A DNA stretch of 64,000 nucleotides from Camelus ferus. Taxonomy: Eukaryota. Below the pieces are notes generated by a model, which did not search any database, had not been told where the DNA came from, and was given only the letters and a program-made list of their open reading frames with translations. Below are positions 1 to 12,737 of the stretch, piece by piece (position 1 is the first letter of the stretch; each line of letters starts with the position of its first letter). The DNA is taken from positions 61,568,001-61,632,000 of the forward strand of contig NC_045707.1 in NCBI RefSeq assembly GCF_009834535.1, written 5' to 3'. The position numbers were made by a program, and so were the translations under genes.

Positions 1-289
1 CTGAATTTCAGGAATCATACATTTCATTTCTAGAAATTTCTTCTGTTGTAACAACTAATATAATAACAATTAATTCAGACAAAAATAATCCATAAATGCT
101 AAAACAAATAAAATGCTGAGAAAAAGAATTTTCATGTGATCTTAAAGAATCATCCTGCAGATTACTTACTAATTACAATAGTCAAATGTACCTTTACCTG
201 AAGAGACTTGGTGGTCACTTGATTACCAAATGACTAACTTAGAATCACCAATAGTATAATTGGCTATTGATGTATCTTTAGATGTGATG

Positions 290-740
290 CAATAAAAAAA
301 GTATGCTATATCACCTATGGAGTATTCTTTCCAAAAATGTGTAGTTGAATTTAATAATGAGAAAACAAACAAATTCAGAATGTGAGACATCCTGCAAGAC
401 AAATGATCTGGCCTCTTTGAAAATACCATGAGAAACAGACAAAGGGCAGCAGGTTCCAGATGTAAAGAGATTAAAGAGACATAATAAACATATGCAATTG
501 TGTGACCACTGATTAGATCCTGAATGGGAAAAATTCAATATGGAATATTCATTAGACACTATTGAATTATTATTTTATTTCCTTAAGTATTACGGAGATA
601 TAGGAGAATGTCCTCATTTATAGGAAATACTGAAATATTCAGAGGTGAAGTGTCAGGTCATCTACAGCTTATTTTCAATTGATTCAGCAAAATACAAACA
701 TATACACATGTATGTGTATTTAAAAAAACATATAAATGTA
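290..740 (+). mobile_element. Old L1 3' region remnant (L1M-type)
   Basis: Recognisable L1MC/ME-like motifs: tgcaattgtgtgaccactgattagatcctg, ggagaatgtcctcatt, gaaatattcagaggtgaagtgtc. Boundaries approximate. Confidence 0.55.
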
Positions 741-2259
741 ATTAAATGTATGTTTGATGAGTGAGTCGAGTTTGCCAACAGTAAAATAAATATAAGGTAA
801 CAAAACAATAACAAAGTTTTTTTCTTCTGTATCAGTAGAGGATAAATTATGCTTCTTCACACAATTTCCTGAAGTAGAAAATGTGAAATATATTGTAGAT
901 AGCTTTTCTTAAAACACTGAAAAGTAAATCTGAACTTTAAAGGAATAACTAATTACTAACATAAGTAACTAAAAGTAAATTTGAAATTTAAAGGAGTAAC
1001 TGCTACACGTCTTGAAGATGTGAAAACTAGAACATTGATCAGCTATCCTAGGTATTAGGAACAAAATCTTAATGTTATTATCTGTTAAGCGAGAGCCTCC
1101 ACTTTTTTCTGGAAGTAAAATTTCCAGCCCCGTGAAGCCTCCTCTCTTCCAAGGTAGTGTATTTGTAGGAGACAAGTTATAATATCATTTGACAAATAAT
1201 CTTTCCAGCTGTCCTTGATGACCAGAGTTCCTTCATTCCATTTTCATTGTAAGGGTTTTTTTTGTTCCAATTAAGTAATTTCATCTTCACAGGAAGAGAC
1301 TCAAGATTTCTATCTTGCTAGCCTGAGAATGGGGCTTCTGGGCACTCTTTCTTAATGGGTTATGTCAAGTTATCACCCTTGTCAAAGCTTCTTTGGTCTA
1401 ACAATGGCACAAAGATAATTCTGTATTGCTTTTTTTTCACTGTGTAATAGATTCCAGTATGATCCCCATGAGTTAGATTCTGTGGAAACATTTTCCTTAC
1501 TAAGAAAAAAATGCATGTGAAATGAACTTGCTTCTAAATCCGGGTGGAACTGATGAAACTTGATGTTTAATGATGTTCCCTTACGATTTAAAGTGCACAT
1601 TTCTAAGACTGGGACAAGACTACAATTAAATTTCTAGTTTTTCCTGTTGCCTGGAGGGAGAATTTATCCAAGCTGATCCAGGTACTGCTTTCTAATAATT
1701 TCTTTTGCATCTGCTGTGACAATACAACACGTTGTACTCACAACCACTGAAGTCTAATGTCTAATGTTAATTTCTTATGTCTAATATTAATTTCTAAACT
1801 TGTAATTTCATTTGGTGTTCTCTTGTTCAGGTGAGAACTAATGAAAGTTTAAGAAATAGTTTTTGAATGGATAAAAATGCATGAGCATTTGATTTATATT
1901 GGAGATTTTCTCTCTTTCATATATTGTTGCTGTTGCTCGGGGCATAGGAGTAAAGCACAACGGGAAGATGGTGATTGACACAGTTGATGGGAGGAAGACT
2001 GAGGTGTTTTAGGGCCAAAGATTCTGGTCTATCATCCCCACTTTTTAAAGCCTGCATTCAAACTTATTTCTTCTATTTATAATAACACCTTCCTTAAGAC
2101 TACAGGAAAAAGGACAAGAAAAAGAAAGAAGTATATTATTACATTTGAGCAACTTTGCTTTTCATAAAACCACAAAGACTGAAGAAGGGAAAACATTTCA
2201 GGAAAAAAATTAAGTTATAAGTTACTGTAGTGTCTCATCATCTGCAAAAGGGAGTTCTC

Positions 2260-3200
2260 TTTTCTTTTGACCTCTCCACTGCACATAAAGTGACATGCCT
2301 CCCTGGGTTCTGGGTGACTGAGGCAGGAGGTAACTATGCCAAGACAGTCACTATGCAATGGTGAGCCTGAGCAGAGACTTGAATGATATAAAGGACAATC
2401 CAAGAAAAGATCCATGAGGAATTCAGGCAAAGGAAACAGTAAATTAAATGGTCCCAAGGTAGGAACGAGTTTAGTACATTAGGGAATAGAAATAAAATTA
2501 CAGGGACTGGAGCTTAAGGCTAGATTTGCAACATCTTAGGAATCCTTGTAGTTTCTACCATGATCTGTTAGATCTATTGCTTTTGAAGCCCTGAGCTTCC
2601 ATGTAAATTGTCTGACTCCCCTGGGCTGCCAAACTGGAAAAATTACAAAGAGACATCCCATAGAAAGATCCTAAGACCATGTAGACAGCATATTCTCAGT
2701 CAGCCTCAGCAGATCTAGCCCACAGCCATTGCAATCTTCCAATCTGAGGCAATTGGATTTATCCTAAGTGCAAGAAATAGCCATTGATAGGTACTAAAAT
2801 GGCAGGGCAATCTTGAGTGTCTTTATTCTCTGAAAGATCATTTTGAGTGATACAGAACAGATTTTTGGGTATCAATATTGAAAGCAGAGAGCTCTGTTAG
2901 GGAGCTGTGGATGTTACACAGGTAAGACATGTTGGCTGCCTGGACAGTTAAGAGTGAAAGAAAGTGAGTGAGCACACTTGAAAGCTACTTAGGAGAAAGA
3001 ATTTTTTTAATTTGGTGACGGAGTTGATCTTGGATATGATAGAAAGCGACTGAGTCACAAATGTTTCCCAAGTTTTTACCTCGAACATATCAATGCCAGG
3101 TATAGATTTCAGGAGGAGGTTAGAAAAGCTGAATTGGGGGTTGAAGCTAATGAATGATGACTTTAGTTCTAGGTATTCTGTTTGCAATGCCTTTGGGACA
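2260..3200 (-). mobile_element. Degenerate L2 fragments, interrupted
   Basis: Purine-rich antisense L2 motifs: gagcagagacttgaatga, ttcaggcaaaggaaacag, tgaaagatcattttgagtg. Confidence 0.5.
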
Positions 3201-4389
3201 ATTTATTTCTTCTTTCTAAGTTGGTTCTACTGCCTAATAATTTTTTTTTTTTTGGTTTTTGCTTAAAAGGGGACAAAATAATTGAACTGACTACCAGTAA
3301 AAGCAAAACAGTATTGTATTTAGGATTAGAGAGGAGTGTGTATTGTGAATAGTCTCTTGGTTTATATTTCATTAATCAATTGTGTCACCCATCATGGTAA
3401 TGAAATGAAAGCAACTAAAGATGCTTTAAATCAGTTTAACTAAATGTCCAAATTTGATTATGGCAATAAAAATATTCAGGACAGTCAGAGAATACTGGAC
3501 TTGTTAAGATTCTGTATCTTACTAAGGAGTTAAAGCTGATGTTTTTTTTCCCCCCAAAAGAAATTCAAAAAGTATTTATATCTCTTGGAAATAATTAACT
3601 GTGTGTTTCAGTGTGTGGCTTAACATTTTCTCTGAGAGGTTGTTTTGTCATGCTAATTCATATTAGAGTTTTAAACAATTTTTCACTTCTGTCCCCAAAA
3701 TTGCTTGATATTCTCTGCTATCCCACAGTTACATTTCTTGAAAAAATACATAAAAGTAAATTGAAAAGCAGGTTTCCATGGTCTGCATGAAGGAGAAGAA
3801 TTTCAACAGTGTTTCTCTCTGTCTGGTTCCTCTTTAGAACCGCTCCTGTGCTCTGACGTTATTTTTACTTCCCTCAATTTCGTTTGAAACCTGCATACAG
3901 TAGCTTTTCAGAAGCCCGCTTTCCCACCTGTCCAGATGTCTTTCTGAAAAACAAAGCTAAACTGGTGTGCTTGTATCTGCTTTAGTCTTACTGCAGGTCT
4001 CTTTCAGCTGTCCTCATTCTTTGAGCTCTCACTTTTATTTCCAGGGGAAACCCACCGGATTATTTCCAGCCTTTTGCAAAACAGTATTTGTGACTTATTG
4101 TTTCCATTCTTCTACTCTTGTATTAAATAAATCCAAAGTCCTTTTTAAAAATCTGCTTCACTTACCTATTTTGATTTCTGATGTTTTTCATATGCTGTTT
4201 ATTAAACAGTAGGAGGAGACAGAGCTCTGAGATCTTGTGGTAACAGGGTTTCAATTCACGGAACAACTGGTATACTTCAAGTTTGCTGTTTATTTTTTTG
4301 TTATGTCTATTATCTTCTATTTCCTATTCAAATCAGGGTTCTACATATATTCAACTCATGGCTCTACTATTTGCTCTTTGGGACACAGG

Positions 4390-4600
4390 CGTTGGAATTA
4401 TGAAAGCTTGTGGGTTTGACTTAGTACCTGTGTGATACTGGGCAAGTTATTTAAAAAATTTCAGAACCTCAGTCTCCTCATCGGTAAAATGCTGGTCAAA
4501 GTATAGGTCAAGGATAAAAGAGTTCATCTAAAGCTCTTAGCATTTTATTTTGTACTTAAGTACTTAAAGTTTTGACTACTGCAGTTATTAATAATTCTTT
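4390..4600 (+). mobile_element. MIR SINE
   Basis: Core tgtgtgatactgggcaagttatttaa...cctcagtctcctcatcggtaaaatg. Confidence 0.7.
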
Positions 4601-4849
4601 CTCCTTAATCACTCAGACAATCCCTAGTCTAATATGAAGAAAATAAGTATTTCAACACTTGCTTGTTAGAGTTACTGTAATGGACAATAAAATAATATAT
4701 TAAAGTATGACGTCTATAGTTTGTCCTTAACAAACATTAGTTCTCTTCCTGCCTCACTCCGCCCTACTGTATTTTGCAGATGTGTGATGTTCAGCTAATT
4801 TCCTGTTATGTTTTTATAAACATTCACTTTCATATAGCTTCCTACGGAC

Positions 4850-5012
4850 TTTTCATAAAGTGTAGGATGCTTTTTAAAAACACAGACTTCCATCTGCAGA
4901 AACTGGTGCAGACCAAACCGACCGAATCTGAAACTCGGGGCGGAGCCTTTTGCATTTTAAAAAGCCTCTCGGGGGAGTCCGATGCACTTCAAAGCATAAA
5001 ACTCTCCTGCAG
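4850..5012. mobile_element. MER5-like hAT-Charlie fragment
   Basis: gaatctgaaactcgggg...tgcattttaaaaagcctctcgggggagtccgatgcac resembles MER5A. Confidence 0.5.
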
Positions 5013-5919
5013 CTGGGCAGTTATTTAGAACATGTAAAGAGAGGGAATCATAAACATATATAATGTAGTAGGGTAAGTTGTATACATCACATACACATAA
5101 TTAGCAGTAGAAACCAGGAAAGCACTAAAAATACAGATTATACAATTTTAATGAAATGTCTTCTCTAGCATCCATGACCTGTTGAGGAACAATAGGAAGT
5201 AAAGTGCACTTTATTGATATCTGCCAATAACTGCAGTCGGTCACCCTAGGAAAAATACTGACCCCTTTGTAAGTTACAATGACATCAAGCACTGTGGTGT
5301 GAATAATGGGCTGCTCCATTTACTAAAGTTACCTACCTGTCTATCTAGCTAGCTGGCTATCTTCATCATCATCATCTATTTAAATAAATGGCTGGTGCAG
5401 GAGATCATGACTCCAAATCTTTCATAACGAGAAGGCTATTTTCAACTCTTGCTTTTAACGCTCATCAGTCAACATCATCCTATATTCATGGAAAATTTTT
5501 CTCATCCTTCAGTCTAAAAATACCTTTTCTCGTGCTCTCGTACATTAATTTTCTAAGCATACAGTAAGCTCCAATTGGCTAAATGCCTGTGTTGTTAGCT
5601 GGGTGTTTATGTAGAGCCTCTGGCTCTTGACAACCAATGCAAATATGTATTTCTTACACATCAAATGACTGAGTTGGAAAGCTAGTAACCCATGAACTCT
5701 TTATATGCAGGCCTATCTTATCATAATTGTCAGGAGTAAGTCGATTGGATAGTAAAAAGGCATATGGCATAAAATAGGTCATTAAAAGATTGTTAATACA
5801 TATATTTTTAAATTAAAATAATTTGAGAAGAATGCAGACTTAGTACAAGGATTCTAGAGTTTTGGTTTCATGACATCCTCATGGACTATTCAGTTTTTGA
5901 GCTAGTTGGGACCTCTCTA

Positions 5920-6270
5920 AAAGGCAGTATGCAAATACAGACAGGAGTTAGGACTGCAATCAGAAAACAGGTTGTGGTCCTGTTTCTGCCAATTATTAAC
6001 TGTGTGATTTTTGGGGTGAGACTTTTTCCTCATTTGACAATGAAAGTTACTATTCATAGATGCCTAAAATGTGCCAGAAACTTTAAATGCTTTATCGGCC
6101 TTATGTCATTTAATCCTTGTAGTAAATCATGTCCTCATTCCCATTCTATAGAAGAGGAAACTGAGGCTCAAGGAGCTGGTCACACATCTGGGGAGCAACA
6201 CTCGGAAGATGAGCTCTATTTCACCTGCCCCCCCAAGGCCTGTGAATTTAACCACTGTAAAATACTGCCT
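5920..6270. mobile_element. Two MIR fragments in opposite orientation (+ ~5920-6050, - ~6050-6270)
   Basis: actgtgtgatttttggg...tttcctcatttgacaatga, followed by cccattctatagaagaggaaactgaggctca. Confidence 0.6.
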
Positions 6271-6737
6271 CTTAAAATGTATAACTCGAGGAAAATATAT
6301 ATCATATATTGTTGTTTTTTTAGAATTCACAATACACGATACTCATGTTACTTATTGTTAAAAGGACAAGTAAGCAGGCTCACATTTCTTACTTTTCAGA
6401 TGAGGGGAAGATGAATCAGCTTGTTTAACAAACCATTCCAAACTTAATAGCCTATATATTGTCTTTTATTCAGCTTGTGGTTCTGTGGGTCAGTGCCTTT
6501 GGGCTAGGTTTGGCTGCACAGCTCTTCCGGGCACATGCATAAGAGCAATGCAGTTCTGCTGCTGGGGATCAGCTGGCTGTCACCCAGGGGCAGAGGTAGG
6601 GCTTTTAGCTGTAGGGGAGGGGGGCGGGGGTACTTTATTTCTTTCAGGTATTTAAAAAAATATTTTTATTTGAAATCATTTTTCTATTATGTCCTCTGAC
6701 TTGTTTCCCTAATACTATTTTTCTTTGTACCAAAGAA

Positions 6738-6742
6738 GTGTG

Positions 6743-6806
<64 letters not shown>

Positions 6807-6815
6807 GTGTGTGTG
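6738..6815. repeat. (TG)n microsatellite, ~38 units with two interruptions
   Basis: Directly visible. Confidence 0.98.
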
Positions 6816-7818
6816 GCGTATGAGAAAGAGGGGGAGGGAGAGAAAGGTTGGTTTGCATGTTTCTTATCTTTAAGCAGCTAGGGTTTGTTCTCATAGCATT
6901 AGGGTGGGGTTCCAAGAAAGAAAGAACAGAAGCATACAAGACATTTGAAGCCAAGGCTTTGAACTGGTACAAAATCCCGTGTACTTTTTCTATCGGACAA
7001 AGCAAGTTACAAAGCCAGTGAATAATATTTAAATAACCCTTATACTGGATTTTAAAAGAGCTAATTTGTTTGAATGTAAAACTTTGACAAGGATGTCATT
7101 CTGACAGTCACAATGTGGCTTCATGAGATCAATCCACATTTCTGGTGGTGATGCCGTGCTCAGTCTCTGTGGCCTTCTGTGTTGCTGACTCAAGGATATA
7201 AAGGAAGCAGCATTTCAATTGCTTCTCTGCAAGAGGTAATGTCCATATAGTCTTTTAAATCCTTGCTCCACACAGACCAACAAAGGAAACCACAACTGTT
7301 TTTTCCTCCTCAGTTTTCCATTGCCATCTTTCAAAGACTTGCTTCCCCCCTTTGCCAACTTTTATCTGTCTTTCACCACAGGATCAGTGGAATTAGTGAG
7401 CTGGAAGGGCTTTCTGTTCTCTCCTGTCTTACATAATGAAGCCCAGATATTTGTCTTAGGATCTTTTCCTCTTATATTGACCAGAAAAAAAATGAAAGGG
7501 ACTGTATTTTATTCATTGCTTTGCTTATCAATTCCCCATTGGTAGTTTCATTTTTTATCTTTCCACATTCTTATTTTCATATTTATCTGAAATGCTCTCT
7601 AATTTCACATCTAATCCTTTATAAATTACAAGAAAAATCTGGATTCTTCTAAAAGATGATCCTTTTGCCTGTGTGATTATTTCTAGAGAGCTCATATAAC
7701 CTTTGACTCAAATGGATTCATTAGAGCTTTGTTTTCTCTCCCCTTCACCAAGAGTCCTTGGCATCTTTTTTCCTCCTTTCTTTTGGATTTCTATATAGAT
7801 CCTTTATAATATGAATTT

Positions 7819-8284
7819 TTTTTTAATTGAAGTATAGTCAGTTTACAATGTTGTGTCAATTTCTGGTGTACAGCATAATGTTTCAGTCATACATATATAT
7901 ACATATATTCCTTTTCATATTCTTTTTCATTATAGGTTAGTACAAGATATTGAATACAGTTCCCTGGGCTATACAGAAGAAACTTGCTATCTATTTTATG
8001 TATAATAGTTTGTATCTGCAAATCTTGAACTTCTAGTTTATCCTTTCCCACCCCTTTTCTCCTGCTGGTAACCAGAAGTTTGTTTTCTATGTCTGTGAGT
8101 GTTTCTGTTTTGTACATAAGTTCATTTGTGTCTTTTTTTTTTTTTTAGATTCCACATGTGAGTGATATCATATAGTATTTTTCTTTCTCTTTCTGGCTTA
8201 CTTCACTTAAAATGATGATCTCCAGTTCCATCCATGTTGCTGCAAATGGCAAAATTTTCTTCTTTTTATGGCAGAGTAGTATCA
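7819..8284 (-). mobile_element. 5'-truncated L1 (3' end) with target-site duplication
   Basis: T-tract then attgaagtatagtcagtttacaatgttgtg...catccatgttgctgcaaatggc. TSD TATAATATGAATTT (7805-7818) / TATAATACAAATTT (8285-8298). Confidence 0.92.
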
Positions 8285-9159
8285 TATAATACAAATTTAA
8301 TATTATCAAGCTAAAGGCTTTCATTATTGATTCCTGCCATCTGTATGAATTATCTTTCTGGAAGTCTTATAATTTAGTGTAAATATTTCCTCTATTTAAA
8401 TCAAAAGTAGTAATTTATGCAAAGTGTTTTGTACATAGTAAGATCTCAGTAAATGTCATCTATTATTATAAACGCTGTTGCTTCTACACTTACTATTGCT
8501 AATTTATTTTAAAGCAATCCATATGCCTTTTTCTCCATATTGAATTTACTTTAAGGTAAACGAGGAGCTGTCTGGACAGTATGAGAATGCATGTTAGAAT
8601 TTGAATATAATTTTTCTCTGTAAATTTTCTGGTGATTGAGTTTGCTATCACTGTTATTTTTAGAAGTGCCTCAGTGACTGTGCAAAAGTAGAATCATTCC
8701 CTCATTATTTAAGCTTTACACTTTTTTGCATGTACTAGTAAAGCAAATTCATATTTTCACAAAGCTGGACCCATATATCTTTCCTTAGGCTATTATTATA
8801 CAATTATTGTCATATTGTTAGTAAATTTCTTATAAATGTATACATACCATATTTTCTTGCATTAGTTTCCTAGACATAAGAGTCTTTCCAAAGATCTTTT
8901 AATTCCTCATTTTGTTTATTTACTGTCATAATGGGTAGGTGTTTTCTTTAGTGAACTGTTTATATTTAATTTCCTACCTTGCAGTCCTCTGTATTGCTAA
9001 AATTTTCTTATTAGTAACTCATAACTCTTGCTCTTTCCAAATCATAGTGTTAATTATCAAACTGTTTTCCAGAGACATCCTCCTACATACAACCTGATGT
9101 TTCACCAATTCGGTGGACTTCAACTTCAGTTCAAGCAAACTGTACCCATGGGCTAGGGT

Positions 9160-9255
9160 CTCCCTCCTTTCCCACTTTCCTCCCTCTCCCTTTCTATCCT
9201 TCTGATTTCCTTCCTTCCTTCCATCCTTCCTTCCTTCCTTTCTCTCCTTCTTTCT
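9160..9255. repeat. CT-rich / (CCTT)n simple repeat
   Basis: Directly visible polypyrimidine tract. Confidence 0.9.
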
Positions 9256-9304
9256 GGAAATATACACACAGACACAGAAACACACTCTATTTGGTGGTAA
9301 GGTC

Positions 9305-9750
9305 TGATATGGGTTGAACTGGGTCCTAGTCTTCCCCTCAAACCACCCTCCCCCACGAAAAAAAAGAGATGTGGGGGTCTTAACTTCCAGTACCTCAGAA
9401 TGTCATCTTATTTGGAATAGGGCCTTTACAGAGGTGATCGAGTTAAAATGAAATCGTTAAAGTGGGTCCTAATATGACGAGTATTCTTATCTAAAGGAGA
9501 AATCTGACACAGAGACAGGCATGCATGAAGGGAAAATGATGTCAAGAGACACAGGGAGAAAACCGCCGTCTATAAGCCAAGGAGAAAGGCCTGGAATAGG
9601 TCCATTCCTCGCAGCCCTCAGAAGGAACCAATCCTGGTGACACCTTAATTTGGAACTTCTAGCCTTCAGAACTCTGAGATAATAAATTTCTGCTGTTTAA
9701 ACAATCCAGCTTGTGGTACTCTGTTAGGACAGCCCTAGCAAACGAATACA
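9305..9750 (+). mobile_element. MaLR solo LTR (MLT1A/B/C-type), complete, with 5-bp TSD
   Basis: TG...CA termini. Typical cagtacctcagaatgt...ttatttggaatagggcctttacagaggtgatc and aataaatttctgctgtttaa...cagccctagcaaacgaataca. AGGTC at both 9300-9304 and 9751-9755. Confidence 0.92.
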
Positions 9751-10249
9751 AGGTCCAATAAAATTTTGAGAAAGGGAGAAATTGGTTAATGGAATAATCA
9801 TTGCTTTAGTGCTTGGATATCTGTACCTTTTCTTTTTGGCTTCTGGTAAACCTGAATTTTTACTTGCTACAGCACTCTGTTCCTGGAATAAACTTTTAAA
9901 ACTTGTTTTGTTTTATATAACCATGATGTGGTGACTGGAGACCTACATTTGCCTGAAAAGAGCAAGCCAGAGCCATGGATAAGAGGCGAGAAACCAGACT
10001 CACTTGTCACCTGTAAGTAGCGCTCTCTTACCCATCAGCTGTCATTAAGGGAAAAAAAATGCAATTGGTCTTAGATTTTTCTCTCACTTGTTGGGAGGGG
10101 TAGGGCAGCGGGAAGAGAAAGGGTGCGGAGAGTGGGGTGTAAATAAGGCAAGCAGACGCTCCAGAGAGGGTGGGGATAGGGCTTGGCGGAAGAAAAATAG
10201 ATGAACCTGGTTGGTACAACATAGCTTCCCCAGACCCACCCACCCACCG

Positions 10250-10793
10250 CCCACCGTTCTCGAGCTCTGCGCTCCGGCGGCTGTGGTTGACGCCGAGCGG
10301 CGCGGAAGGGACGGCTCCGGCGGCGGCTGCTTAGGGGGGAGACACAAAGCCTGGAGGTCCAAGTCGGAGCCGGGTGATGGTCTTACCTTCGGGTGGGTGA
10401 GCTCTCCCGACCTCGGGTCAGCTCCGCTCCAGCCGCGGCCGGCCGCTCTCCCCGCCCCCGGCCGGGTCGCCGAGCGCCGGCTGGACCCGCCCCGAGCTCC
10501 ATGGTCCGCCCAGCCCCGCGCGATGGTGACTCTGGGCGCCGAGGTCGGCACGGGCCGAGCCCACCGAGCGCAGCATGAAGGCGGCCGGCGCGGCCGGCGG
10601 CCGGCGGGGGCGGTCTCCGCGAGCCCGGCGCCCCGGGCAGCGGCCCAACCACCTGAACCCGGAAAACGCCAACAAGTAGTTTCTCGCTGGAGAAGGGCGG
10701 CTCGGCTGGGTGTCGGGACTCAGCCCGGCTGCCCGGAGAACCTCGTCCACTCGGAAACCAGAGCAGAACCACTTTCCTCTCGGGCTCGTTAAG
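10250..10793 (+). other. KCNC2: Probable non-coding exon 1 (start approximate; TSS not determinable from sequence)
   Basis: The acceptor at 11929 requires an upstream exon. The most CpG-dense block ends at a donor-like AAG|GTACCT (10793/10794). The donor is only moderately consensus, so this is inference. Confidence 0.55.
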
Positions 10794-11459
10794 GTACCTA
10801 GGGGCAGGAGGGCAAGGGGGAGATGTGCCGGGACGCGCGTGCTGGCCCTACAAGGCAGGCATCGCTCCTTCGTTCCGCACTAGGTTGGAGAGGGGCTGCT
10901 GTGGGGAGAGGCGGCTGGGAGATGGGAAACGGGGACACTGTCAGCCAGGACTCCCAGCTCGGGGACCCAGGGGGTGTGCCTCCGGCAGCTTTCCCCCGGG
11001 CCTCGTTCCTCCTGGAAAGCAAGCCCCACCCTCCCCCTCCAAGGCGTTTATTTTTCTTGGGAAAGGGGGATGGGATGCATTGATTACTTCTGCTCCCCAA
11101 AATGGATCCTAGTTAGTCGTTTCCTTTTCCAAGTAATAATATTAACAACAACAGCACTAATGTGAAAAGGAAATTGGATCAGGGAATTAGGCAGAGATCT
11201 CCTCGTGAAAGGCACTAGCAGGGACGTTTTTGCTGTGACTTGTGCCTTCAGTCCTTTTGCCTGGCCCGGGAGGGAGAGTAGAGGCGAACCGAGAGCAGGT
11301 CGCGCAAAGGGCACTACTCCCCGGGGGTCAGGGAGCCGCGGGCCGTCCAGAGTTGACCGCGGGTAGGCGTTTAATGGGGGTCGCCGCGGAGCCCGGGGGT
11401 CTCCCACCCAACACTGCCAAGTTGCCTGGGCGGAGAGAACTCCCAGCCCAAGGGAGTTG

Positions 11460-11700
11460 CCTCCAGGAGGGGGTAGGGGGGAGAGGGTCTCGGAATGTGG
11501 ACGTAGGAGAGTGACCAGGACTGGGGGGAGAGGACGGGGCGGGGGAGGGCTTTGGAGGGAGAGAGACGGGGTCTGGGGGAGACGGGAGAGGGACAGGGGC
11601 TGGAAACAGGTTAGACTTGAGAGGACAGAGGGGAGAGAGAGGGTGAGGGGTGAAAAGATGCAGGAGGCAGAGCCGAGGGGGAATGGTGTCATGGAAGGTC
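11460..11700 (+). repeat. Purine (G/A)-rich low-complexity tract in the presumed intron 1
   Basis: Strongly G/A-skewed on + strand, with many G3+ runs. Confidence 0.8.
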
Positions 11701-11929
11701 AAGGAAGGTTTGGACTGCTGTCCCCGCAGTTTTCTGGAAACGTGGGAAAGGTGTGAAGCTTGAGGCGGGGACAGGGCCGGGAGCCGAACTCCTCCTGGGA
11801 GGGCCCTCTGCCCCGTGCTTCTCTGCCAACCCTGCATCTTGGGACTCTTGGGCTGCGAGTGGGGGTGGGGGTCACAGCGCGGCTCCGCCGGCCGAGTCTT
11901 TAACTTGGCGCTGTGTTCGCCTCCCCCAG

Positions 11930-12737
<808 letters not shown>

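Noticed and set aside
1810..1836. ttctcttgttcAG|GTGAGA recursive-splice-like motif
   Set aside because: It lies upstream of the KCNC2 promoter, and I have no evidence for a transcript covering it.
5881..6414. 177-aa ORF
   Set aside because: Built largely from two MIR fragments (e.g. EEETEAQ is the MIR core read antisense), with no protein family resemblance.
11705..11735. REST/RE1 site (GGACAGCA on the - strand)
   Set aside because: Only a partial right half-site; the left half TTCAGCACC is missing.
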